From Eledone cirrhosa (Eukaryota), in NCBI GenBank assembly GCA_964016885.1, contig OZ024743.1:307644001-307708000 (forward strand): a DNA stretch of 64,000 nt. Direction: 5' to 3'. Positions 1 through 11,700 of the stretch are shown piece after piece. Position 1 is the first letter of the stretch; the number at the start of each line of letters is the position of its first letter. The position numbers and the translations under genes are program-made. The notes below the pieces were generated by a model. That model worked only from the letters and a program-made list of their open reading frames with translations, was not told the origin of the DNA and ran no database searches.

Positions 1-2880
1 GAGGTGAGCATGCCTTGCTGGATGTGTAAAGTTTGTGTCTGTAAAGGTTTGAAAGATAGGTGAGCATGCCTTGCTTCATGTGTAAAGTTTGTCTGTAAAG
101 GTTTGAAAGATAGGTGAGCATGCCTTGATGGATGTGTAAAGTTTGTGTCTGTAAAGGTTTGAAAGATAGGTGAGCATGCCTTGATGGATGTGTAAAGTTT
201 GTGTCTGTAAAGGTTTGAAAGATAGGAGGTCAGCATGCCTTGCTGGATGTGTAAAGTTTGTGTCTGTAAAGGTTTGAAAGATAGGTGAGCAAGCCTTGAT
301 GGATGTGTAAAGTTTGTGTCTGTAAAGGTTTGAAAGATAGGCGAGCATGCCTTGATGGATGTGTAAAGTTTGTGTCTGTAAAGGTTTGAAAGATAGGAGG
401 TGAGCATGCCCTGCTGGATGTGTAAAGTTTGTGTCTGTAAAGGTTTGAAAGATAGGAGGTGAGCATGCCTTGCTGGATGTGTAAAGTTTGTGTCTGTAAA
501 GGTTTGAAAGATAGGTGAGCAAGCCTTGATGGATGTGTAAAGTTTGTGTCTGTAAAGGTATGAAAGATAGGAGGTGAGCATGCCCTGCTGGATGTGTAAA
601 GTTTGTGTCTGTAAAGGTTTGAAAGATAGGTGAGCATGCCTTGCTGGATGTGTAAAGTTTGTGCCTGTAAAGGTTTGAAAGATAGGAGGTGAGCATGCCC
701 TGCTGGATGTGTAAAGTTTGTGTCTGTAAAGGTTTGAAAGATAGGAGGTGAGCATGCCTTGCTGGATGTGTAAAGTTTGTGTCTGTAAAGGTTTGAAAGA
801 TAGGTGAGCATGCCTTGCTGGATGTGTAAAGTTGGTGTCTGTAAAGGTTTGAAAGATAGGAGGTGAGCATGCCTTGCTGGATGTGAAAAGTTTGTGTCTG
901 TAAAGGTTTGAAAGATAGGTGAGCATGCCTTGCTGGATGTGTAAAGTTGGTGTCTGTAAAGGTTTGAAAGATAGGAGGTGAGCATGCCTTGCTGGATGTG
1001 TAAAGTTTGTGTCTGTAAAGGTTTGAAAGATAGGAGGTGAGCATGCCCTGCTGGATGTGTAAAGTTTGTGCCTGTAAAGGTTTGAAAGATAGGAGGTGAG
1101 CATGCCTTGATGGATGTGTAAAGTTTGTGTCTGTAAAGGTTTGAAAGATAGGAGGTGAGCATGCCTTGCTGGATGTGTAAAGTTTGTGTCTGTAAAGGTT
1201 TGAAAGATAGGAGGTGAGCATGCCCTGCTGGATGTGTAAAGTTTGTGTCTGTAAAGGTTTGAAAGATAGGAGGTGAGCATGCCTTGCTGGATGTGTAAAG
1301 TTTGTGTCTGTAAAGGTTTGAAAGATAGGAGGTGAGCATGCCCTGCTGGATGTGTAAAGTTTGTGTCTGTAAAGGTTTGAAAGATAGGAGGTGAGCATGC
1401 CCTGCTGGATGTGTAAAGTGTGTGTCTGTAAAGGTTTGAAAGATAGGAGGTGAGCATGCCTTGCTGGATGTGAAAAGTTTGTGTCTGTAAAGGTTTGAAA
1501 GATAGGTGAGCATGCCTTGCTTCATGTGTAAAGTTTGTCTGTAAAGGTTTGAAAGATAGGTGAGCATGCCTTGATGGATGTGTAAAGTTTGTGTCTGTAA
1601 AGGTTTGAAAGATAGGTGAGCATGCCTTGATGGATGTGTAAAGTTTGTGTCTGTAAAGGTTTGAAAGATAGGTGAGCATGCCTTGATGTATGTGTAAAGT
1701 TTGTGTCTGTAAAGGTTTGAAAGATAGGTGAGCATGCCTTGATGGATGTGTAAAGTTTGTGTCTGTAAAGGTTTGAAAGATAGGAGGTGAGCATGCCTTG
1801 CTGGATGTGTAAAGTTTGTGTCTGTAAAGGTTTGAAAGATAGGTGAGCAAGCCTTGATGGATGTGTAAAGTTTGTGTCTGTAAAGGTTTGAAAGATAGGA
1901 GGTGAGCATGCCTTGCTGGATGTGTAAAGTTTGTGTCTGTAAAGGTTTGAAAGATAGGTGAGCATGCCTTGCTGGATGTGTAAAGTTGGTGTCTGTAAAG
2001 GTTTGAAAGATAGGAGGTGAGTATGCCTTGCTGTATGTGTAAAGTTTGTGTCTGTAAAGGTTTGAAAGATAGGTGAGCATGCCTTGCTGGATGTGTAAAG
2101 TTGGTGTCTGTAAAGGTTTGAAAGATAGGAGGTGAGTATGCCTTGCTGGATGTGAAAAGTTTGTGTCTGTAAAGGTTTGAAAGATAGGAGGTGAGCATGC
2201 CTTGCTGGATGTGTAAAGTTTGTGTCTGTAAAGGTTTGAAAGATAGGAGGTGAGCATGCCTTGCTGGATGTGTAAAGTTTGTGTCTGTAAAGGTTTGAAA
2301 GATAGGAGGTGAGCATGCCTTGCTGGATGTGTAAAGTTTGTGTCTGTAAAGGTTTGAAAGATATGAGGTGAGCATGCCCTGCTGGATGTGTAAAGTTTGT
2401 GTCTGTAAAGGTTTGAAAGATAGGTGAGCATGCCTTGCTGGATGTGTAAAGTTTGTGTCTGTAAAGGTTTGAAAGATAGGAGGTGAGCATGCCCTGCTGG
2501 ATGTGTAAAGTTTGTGTCTGTAAAGGTTTGAAAGATAGGAGGTGAGCATGCCTTGCTGGATGTGTAAAGTTTGTGTCTGTAACGGTTTGAAAGATATGTG
2601 AGCATGCCCTGCTGGATGTGTAAAGTTTGTGTCTGTAAAGGTTTGAAAGATAGGTGAGCATGCTCTGCTGGATGTGTAAAGTTTGTGTCTGTGAAGGTTT
2701 GAAAGATAGGTGAGCATACCTTGCTGGATGTGTAAAGTTTGTGTCTGTAAAGGTTTGAAAGATAGGAGGTGAGCATGCCCTGCTGGATGTGTAAAGTTTG
2801 TGTATGTAAAGGTTTGAAAGATAGGTGAGCATGCCTTGCTGGATGTGTAAAGTTTGTGTCTGTAAAGGTTTGAAAGATAG
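1..2880. repeat. Block repeated at +6552 (second copy ~6553-9432)
   Basis: ORF ends 76/6628, 230/6782 and 1522/8074, and the AACGG marker at 2581/9133, share offset 6552. The copies differ at GGCGAGC (~341) vs GGTGAGC (~6893). Confidence 0.9.
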
Positions 2881-3803
2881 GTGAGCATGCCTTGCTGGAT
2901 GTGTAAAGTTGGTGTCTGTAAAGGTTTGAAAGATAGGAGGTGAGTATGCCTTGCTGTATGTGTAAAGTTTGTGTCTGTAAAGGTTTGAAAGATAGGTGAG
3001 CATGCCTTGCTGGATGTGTAAAGTTGGTGTCTGTAAAGGTTTGAAAGATAGGAGGTGAGTATGCCTTGCTGGATGTGAAAAGTTTGTGTCTGTAAAGGTT
3101 TGAAAGATAGGAGGTGAGCATGCCTTGCTGGATGTGTAAAGTTTGTGTCTGTAAAGGTTTGAAAGATAGGAGGTGAGCATGCCTTGCTGGATGTGTAAAG
3201 TTTGTGTCTGTAAAGGTTTGAAAGATAGGAGGTGAGCATGCCTTGCTGGATGTGTAAAGTTTGTGTCTGTAAAGGTTTGAAAGATATGAGGTGAGCATGC
3301 CCTGCTGGATGTGTAAAGTTTGTGTCTGCAAAGGTTTGAAAGATAGGTGAGCATGCCTTGCTGGATGTGTAAAGTTTGTGTCTGTAAAGGTTTGAAAGAT
3401 AGGAGGTGAGCATGCCCTGCTGGATGTGTAAAGTTTGTGTCTGTAAAGGTTTGAAAGATAGGAGGTGAGCATGCCTTGCTGGATGTGTAAAGTTTGTGTC
3501 TGTAACGGTTTGAAAGATATGTGAGCATGCCCTGCTGGATGTGTAAAGTTTGTGTCTGTAAAGGTTTGAAAGATAGGTGAGCATGCTCTGCTGGATGTGT
3601 AAAGTTTGTGTCTGTGAAGGTTTGAAAGATAGGTGAGCATACCTTGCTGGATGTGTAAAGTTTGTGTCTGTAAAGGTTTGAAAGATAGGAGGTGAGCATG
3701 CCCTGCTGGATGTGTAAAGTTTGTGTATGTAAAGGTTTGAAAGATAGGTGAGCATGCCTTGCTGGATGTGTAAAGTTTGTGTCTGTAAAGGTTTGAAAGA
3801 TAG
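1958..3803. repeat. Tandem duplication of a 923-bp (~16-monomer) unit
   Basis: Markers CTGTAT at 2031/2954 and AACGG at 2581/3504 share offset 923 (= 9x59 + 7x56). Confidence 0.9.
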
Positions 3804-4384
3804 GAGGTGAGCATGCCCTGCTGGATGTGTAAAGTTTGTGTCTGTAAAGGTTTGAAAGATAGGAGGTGAGCATGCCCTGCTGGATGTGTAAAGTTTGTGT
3901 CTGTAAAGGTTTGAAAGATAGGAGGTGAGCATGTCCTGCTGGATGTGTAAAGTTTGTGTCGGTAAAGGTTTGAAAGATAGGAGGTGAGCATGCCGTGCTG
4001 GATGTGTAAAGTTTGTGTCTGTAAAGGTTTGAAAGATAGGAGGTGAGCATGCCTTGATGGATGTGTAATGTTTGTGTCTGTAAAGGTTTGAAAGATAGGT
4101 GAGCATGCCTTGCTGGATGTGTAAAGTTTGTGTCTGTGAAGGTTTGAAAGATAGGTGAGCATACCTTGCTGGATGTGTAAAGTTTGTGTCTGTAAAGGTT
4201 TGAAAGATAGGAGGTGAGCATGCCCTGCTGGATGTGTAAAGTTTGTGTATGTAAAGGTTTGAAAGATAGGTGAGCATGCCTTGCTGGATGTGTAAAGTTT
4301 GTGTCTGTAAAGGTTTGAAAGATAGGAGGTGTGCATGCCCTGCTGGATGTGTAAAGTTTGTGTCTGTAAAGGTTTGAAAGATAG

Positions 4385-6980
4385 GAGGTGAGCATGCCCT
4401 GCTGGATGTGTAAAGTTTGTGTCTGTAAAGGTTTGAAAGATAGGAGGTGAGCATGTCCTGCTGGATGTGTAAAGTTTGTGTCGGTAAAGGTTTGAAAGAT
4501 AGGAGGTGAGCATGCCTTGCTGGATGTGTAAAGTTTGTGTCTGTCAAGGTTTGAAAGATAGGAGGTGAGCATGCCTTGATGGATGTGTAATGTTTGTGTC
4601 TGTAAAGGTTTGAAAGATAGGAGGTGAGCATGCCTTGCTGGATGTGTAAAGTTTGTGTCTGTAAAGGTTTGAAAGATAGGAGGTGAGCATGCCTTGCTGG
4701 ATGTGTAAAGTTTGTGTCTGTAAAGGTTTGAAAGATAGGATGTGAGCATGCCTTGCTGGATGTGTAAAGTTTGTGTCTGTAAAGGTTTTGAAAGATAGGT
4801 GGTGAGCATGCCTTGCTGGATGTGTAAAGTTTGTGTCTGTAAAGGTTTGAAAGGTAGGAGGTGAGCATGCCTTGCTGGATGTGTAAAGTTTGTGTCTGTA
4901 AAGGTTTGAAAGATATGAGGTGAGCATGCCCTGCTGGATGTGTAAAGTTTGTGTCTGTAAATGTTTGAAAGGTAGGAGGTGAGCATGCCCTGCTGGATGT
5001 GTAAAGTTTGTGTCTGTAAAGGTTTGAAAGGTAGGAGGTGAGCATGCCCTGCTGGATGTGTAAAGTTTGTGTCTGTAAAGGTTTGAAAGATAGGAGGTGA
5101 GCATGCCTTGCTGGATGTGTAAAGTTTGTGTCTGTAAAGGTTTGAAAGATAGGAGGTGAGCATGCCCTGCTGGATGTGTAAAGTTTGTGTCTGTAAAGGT
5201 TTGAAAGATAGGAGGTGAGCATGCCCTGCTGGATGTGTAAAGTGTGTGTCTGTAAAGGTTTGAAAGATAGGAGGTGAGCATGCCTTGCTGGATGTGTAAA
5301 GTTTGTGTCTGTAAAGGTTTGAAAGATAGGTGAGCATGCCTTGCTTCATGTGTAAAGTTTGTCTGTAAAGGTTTGAAAGATAGGTGAGCATGCCTTGATG
5401 GATGTGTAAAGTTTGTGTCTGTAAAGGTTTGAAAGATAGGTGAGCATGCCTTGATGGATGTGTAAAGTTTGTGTCTGTAAAGGTTTGAAAGATAGGAGGT
5501 CAGCATGCCTTGCTGGATGTGTAAAGTTTGTGTCTGTAAAGGTTTGAAAGATAGGTGAGCAAGCCTTGATGGATGTGTAAAGTTTGTGTCTGTAAAGGTT
5601 TGAAAGATAGGTGAGCATGCCTTGATGGATGTGTAAAGTTTGTGTCTGTAAAGGTTTGAAAGATAGGAGGTGAGCATGCCCTGCTGGATGTGTAAAGTTT
5701 GTGTCTGTAAAGGTTTGAAAGATAGGAGGTGAGCATGTCCTGCTGGATGTGTAAAGTTTGTGTCGGTAAAGGTTTGAAAGATAGGAGGTGAGCATGCCTT
5801 GCTGGATGTGTAAAGTTTGTGTCTGTCAAGGTTTGAAAGATAGGAGGTGAGCATGCCTTGATGGATGTGTAATGTTTGTGTCTGTAAAGGTTTGAAAGAT
5901 AGGAGGTGAGCATGCCTTGCTGGATGTGTAAAGTTTGTGTCTGTAAAGGTTTGAAAGATAGGAGGTGAGCATGCCTTGCTGGATGTGTAAAGTTTGTGTC
6001 TGTAAAGGTTTGAAAGATAGGATGTGAGCATGCCTTGCTGGATGTGTAAAGTTTGTGTCTGTAAAGGTTTTGAAAGATAGGTGGTGAGCATGCCTTGCTG
6101 GATGTGTAAAGTTTGTGTCTGTAAAGGTTTGAAAGGTAGGAGGTGAGCATGCCTTGCTGGATGTGTAAAGTTTGTGTCTGTAAAGGTTTGAAAGATATGA
6201 GGTGAGCATGCCCTGCTGGATGTGTAAAGTTTGTGTCTGTAAATGTTTGAAAGGTAGGAGGTGAGCATGCCCTGCTGGATGTGTAAAGTTTGTGTCTGTA
6301 AAGGTTTGAAAGGTAGGAGGTGAGCATGCCCTGCTGGATGTGTAAAGTTTGTGTCTGTAAAGGTTTGAAAGATAGGAGGTGAGCATGCCTTGCTGGATGT
6401 GTAAAGTTTGTGTCTGTAAAGGTTTGAAAGATAGGAGGTGAGCATGCCCTGCTGGATGTGTAAAGTTTGTGTCTGTAAAGGTTTGAAAGATAGGAGGTGA
6501 GCATGCCCTGCTGGATGTGTAAAGTGTGTGTCTGTAAAGGTTTGAAAGATAGGAGGTGAGCATGCCTTGCTGGATGTGTAAAGTTTGTGTCTGTAAAGGT
6601 TTGAAAGATAGGTGAGCATGCCTTGCTTCATGTGTAAAGTTTGTCTGTAAAGGTTTGAAAGATAGGTGAGCATGCCTTGATGGATGTGTAAAGTTTGTGT
6701 CTGTAAAGGTTTGAAAGATAGGTGAGCATGCCTTGATGGATGTGTAAAGTTTGTGTCTGTAAAGGTTTGAAAGATAGGAGGTCAGCATGCCTTGCTGGAT
6801 GTGTAAAGTTTGTGTCTGTAAAGGTTTGAAAGATAGGTGAGCAAGCCTTGATGGATGTGTAAAGTTTGTGTCTGTAAAGGTTTGAAAGATAGGTGAGCAT
6901 GCCTTGATGGATGTGTAAAGTTTGTGTCTGTAAAGGTTTGAAAGATAGGAGGTGAGCATGCCCTGCTGGATGTGTAAAGT
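4385..6980. repeat. Tandem duplication of a 1282-bp (~22-monomer) unit
   Basis: ORF ends 4544/5826, 5346/6628 and 5500/6782 share offset 1282, as does the +1 insertion AAAGGTTTTG at 4781/6063. Confidence 0.9.
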
Positions 6981-8761
6981 TTGTGTCTGTAAAGGTTTGA
7001 AAGATAGGAGGTGAGCATGCCTTGCTGGATGTGTAAAGTTTGTGTCTGTAAAGGTTTGAAAGATAGGTGAGCAAGCCTTGATGGATGTGTAAAGTTTGTG
7101 TCTGTAAAGGTATGAAAGATAGGAGGTGAGCATGCCCTGCTGGATGTGTAAAGTTTGTGTCTGTAAAGGTTTGAAAGATAGGTGAGCATGCCTTGCTGGA
7201 TGTGTAAAGTTTGTGCCTGTAAAGGTTTGAAAGATAGGAGGTGAGCATGCCCTGCTGGATGTGTAAAGTTTGTGTCTGTAAAGGTTTGAAAGATAGGAGG
7301 TGAGCATGCCTTGCTGGATGTGTAAAGTTTGTGTCTGTAAAGGTTTGAAAGATAGGTGAGCATGCCTTGCTGGATGTGTAAAGTTGGTGTCTGTAAAGGT
7401 TTGAAAGATAGGAGGTGAGCATGCCTTGCTGGATGTGAAAAGTTTGTGTCTGTAAAGGTTTGAAAGATAGGTGAGCATGCCTTGCTGGATGTGTAAAGTT
7501 GGTGTCTGTAAAGGTTTGAAAGATAGGAGGTGAGCATGCCTTGCTGGATGTGTAAAGTTTGTGTCTGTAAAGGTTTGAAAGATAGGAGGTGAGCATGCCC
7601 TGCTGGATGTGTAAAGTTTGTGCCTGTAAAGGTTTGAAAGATAGGAGGTGAGCATGCCTTGATGGATGTGTAAAGTTTGTGTCTGTAAAGGTTTGAAAGA
7701 TAGGAGGTGAGCATGCCTTGCTGGATGTGTAAAGTTTGTGTCTGTAAAGGTTTGAAAGATAGGAGGTGAGCATGCCCTGCTGGATGTGTAAAGTTTGTGT
7801 CTGTAAAGGTTTGAAAGATAGGAGGTGAGCATGCCTTGCTGGATGTGTAAAGTTTGTGTCTGTAAAGGTTTGAAAGATAGGAGGTGAGCATGCCCTGCTG
7901 GATGTGTAAAGTTTGTGTCTGTAAAGGTTTGAAAGATAGGAGGTGAGCATGCCCTGCTGGATGTGTAAAGTGTGTGTCTGTAAAGGTTTGAAAGATAGGA
8001 GGTGAGCATGCCTTGCTGGATGTGAAAAGTTTGTGTCTGTAAAGGTTTGAAAGATAGGTGAGCATGCCTTGCTTCATGTGTAAAGTTTGTCTGTAAAGGT
8101 TTGAAAGATAGGTGAGCATGCCTTGATGGATGTGTAAAGTTTGTGTCTGTAAAGGTTTGAAAGATAGGTGAGCATGCCTTGATGGATGTGTAAAGTTTGT
8201 GTCTGTAAAGGTTTGAAAGATAGGTGAGCATGCCTTGATGTATGTGTAAAGTTTGTGTCTGTAAAGGTTTGAAAGATAGGTGAGCATGCCTTGATGGATG
8301 TGTAAAGTTTGTGTCTGTAAAGGTTTGAAAGATAGGAGGTGAGCATGCCTTGCTGGATGTGTAAAGTTTGTGTCTGTAAAGGTTTGAAAGATAGGTGAGC
8401 AAGCCTTGATGGATGTGTAAAGTTTGTGTCTGTAAAGGTTTGAAAGATAGGAGGTGAGCATGCCTTGCTGGATGTGTAAAGTTTGTGTCTGTAAAGGTTT
8501 GAAAGATAGGTGAGCATGCCTTGCTGGATGTGTAAAGTTGGTGTCTGTAAAGGTTTGAAAGATAGGAGGTGAGTATGCCTTGCTGTATGTGTAAAGTTTG
8601 TGTCTGTAAAGGTTTGAAAGATAGGTGAGCATGCCTTGCTGGATGTGTAAAGTTGGTGTCTGTAAAGGTTTGAAAGATAGGAGGTGAGTATGCCTTGCTG
8701 GATGTGAAAAGTTTGTGTCTGTAAAGGTTTGAAAGATAGGAGGTGAGCATGCCTTGCTGGA

Positions 8762-11700
8762 TGTGTAAAGTTTGTGTCTGTAAAGGTTTGAAAGATAGGA
8801 GGTGAGCATGCCTTGCTGGATGTGTAAAGTTTGTGTCTGTAAAGGTTTGAAAGATAGGAGGTGAGCATGCCTTGCTGGATGTGTAAAGTTTGTGTCTGTA
8901 AAGGTTTGAAAGATATGAGGTGAGCATGCCCTGCTGGATGTGTAAAGTTTGTGTCTGTAAAGGTTTGAAAGATAGGTGAGCATGCCTTGCTGGATGTGTA
9001 AAGTTTGTGTCTGTAAAGGTTTGAAAGATAGGAGGTGAGCATGCCCTGCTGGATGTGTAAAGTTTGTGTCTGTAAAGGTTTGAAAGATAGGAGGTGAGCA
9101 TGCCTTGCTGGATGTGTAAAGTTTGTGTCTGTAACGGTTTGAAAGATATGTGAGCATGCCCTGCTGGATGTGTAAAGTTTGTGTCTGTAAAGGTTTGAAA
9201 GATAGGTGAGCATGCTCTGCTGGATGTGTAAAGTTTGTGTCTGTGAAGGTTTGAAAGATAGGTGAGCATACCTTGCTGGATGTGTAAAGTTTGTGTCTGT
9301 AAAGGTTTGAAAGATAGGAGGTGAGCATGCCCTGCTGGATGTGTAAAGTTTGTGTATGTAAAGGTTTGAAAGATAGGTGAGCATGCCTTGCTGGATGTGT
9401 AAAGTTTGTGTCTGTAAAGGTTTGAAAGATAGGAGGTGAGCATGCCCTGCTGGATGTGTAAAGTTTGTGTCTGTAAAGGTTTGAAAGATAGGAGGTGAGC
9501 ATGCCCTGCTGGATGTGTAAAGTTTGTGTCTGTAAAGGTTTGAAAGATAGGAGGTGAGCATGTCCTGCTGGATGTGTAAAGTTTGTGTCGGTAAAGGTTT
9601 GAAAGATAGGAGGTGAGCATGCCGTGCTGGATGTGTAAAGTTTGTGTCTGTAAAGGTTTGAAAGATAGGAGGTGAGCATGCCTTGATGGATGTGTAATGT
9701 TTGTGTCTGTAAAGGTTTGAAAGATAGGTGAGCATGCCTTGCTGGATGTGTAAAGTTTGTGTCTGTAAAGGTTTGAAAGATAGGATGTGAGCATGCCTTG
9801 CTGGATGTGTAAAGTTTGTGTCTGTAAAGGTTTGAAAGATAGGATGTGAGCATGCCTTGCTGGATGTGTAAAGTTTGTGTCTGTAAAGGTTTGAAAGATA
9901 GGTGGTGAGCATGCCTTGCTGGATGTGTAAAGTTTGTGTCTGTAAAGGTTTGAAAGGTAGGAGGTGAGCATGCCTTGCTGGATGTGTAAAGTTTGTGTCT
10001 GTAAAGGTTTGAAAGATATGAGGTGAGCATGCCCTGCTGGATGTGTAAAGTTTGTGTCTGTAAAGGTTTGAAAGATATGAGGTGAGCATGCCCTGCTGGA
10101 TGTGTAAAGTTTGTGTCTGTAAAGGTTTGAAAGATAGGTGAGCATGCCTTGCTTCATGTGTAAAGTTTGTGTCTGTAAAGGTTTGAAAGATAGGAGGTGA
10201 GCATGCCCTGCTGGATGTGTAAAGTTTGTGTCTGTAAAGGTTTGAAAGATAGGAGGTGAGCATGCCTTGCTAGATGTGTAAAGTTTGTGTCTGTAAAGGT
10301 TTGAAAGATAGGAGGTGAACATGCCTTGCTGGATGTGTAAACTTTGTGTCTGTAAAGGTTTGAAAGATAGGAGGTGAGCATGCCCTGCTGGATGTGTAAA
10401 GTTTGTGTCTGTAAAGGTTTGAAAGACAGGAGGTGAGCATGCCCTGCTGGATGTGTAAAGTTTGTGTCTGTAAATGTTTGAAAGATAGGTGAGCATGCCT
10501 TGCTTCATGTGTAAAGTTTGTGTCTGTAAAGGTTTGAAAGATAGGAGGTGAGCATGCCCTGCTGGATGTGTAAAGTTTGTGTCTGTAAAGGTTTGAAAGA
10601 TAGGAGGTGAGCATGCCTTGCTAGATGTGTAAAGTTTGTGTCTGTAAAGGTTTGAAAGGTAGGAGGTGAGCATGCCCTGCTGGATGTGTAAAGTTTGTGT
10701 CTGTAAAGGTTTGAAAGGTAGGAGGTGAGCATGCCCTGCTGCATGTGTAAAGTTTGTGTCTGTAAAGGTTTGAAAGATAGGAGGTGAGCATGCCTTGCTG
10801 GATGTGTAAAGTTTGTGTCTGTAAAGGTTTGAAAGATAGGAGGTGAGCATGCCCTGCTGGATGTGTAAAGTTTGTGTCTGTAAAGGTTTGAAAGATAGGA
10901 GGTGAGCATGCCCTGCTGGATGTGTAAAGTGTGTGTCTGTAAAGGTTTGAAAGATAGGAGGTGAGCATGCCTTGCTTCATGTGTAAAGTTTGTGTCTGTT
11001 AAGGTTTGAAAGATAGGTGAGCATGCCTTGCTTCATGTGTAAAGTTTGTCTGTAAAGGTTTGAAAGATAGGTGAGCATGCCTTGATGGATGTGTAAAGTT
11101 TGTGTCTGTAAAGGTTTGAAAGATAGGTGAGCATGCCTTGATGGATGTGTAAAGTTTGTGTCTGTAAAGGTTTGAAAGATAGGAGGTGAGTATGCCCTGC
11201 TGGATGTGTAAAGTTTGTGTCTGTAACGGTTTGAAAGATAGGTGAGCATGCCTTGATGGATGTGTAAAGTTTGTGTCTCTAAAGGTTTGAAAGATAGGTG
11301 AGCATGCCTTGATGGATGTGTAAAGTTTGTGTCTGTAAAGGTTTGAAAGATAGGAGGTGAGCATGCCTTGCTGGATGTGTAAAGTTTGTGTCTGTAAAGG
11401 TTTGAAAGATAGGTGAGCAAGCCTTGATGGATGTGTAAAGTTTGTGTCTGTAAAGGTTTGAAAGATAGGTGAGCATGCCTTGATGGATGTGTAAAGTTTG
11501 TGTCTGTAAAGGTTTGAAAGATAGGAGGTGAGCATGCCCTGCTGGATGTGTAAAGTTTGTGTCTGTAAAGGTTTGAAAGGTAGGTGAGCATGCCTTGATG
11601 GATGTGTAAAGTTTGTGTCTGTAAAGGTTTGAAAGATATGAGGTGAGCATGCCCTGCTGGATGTGTAAAGTTTGTGTCTGTAAAGGTTTGAAAGATAGGT

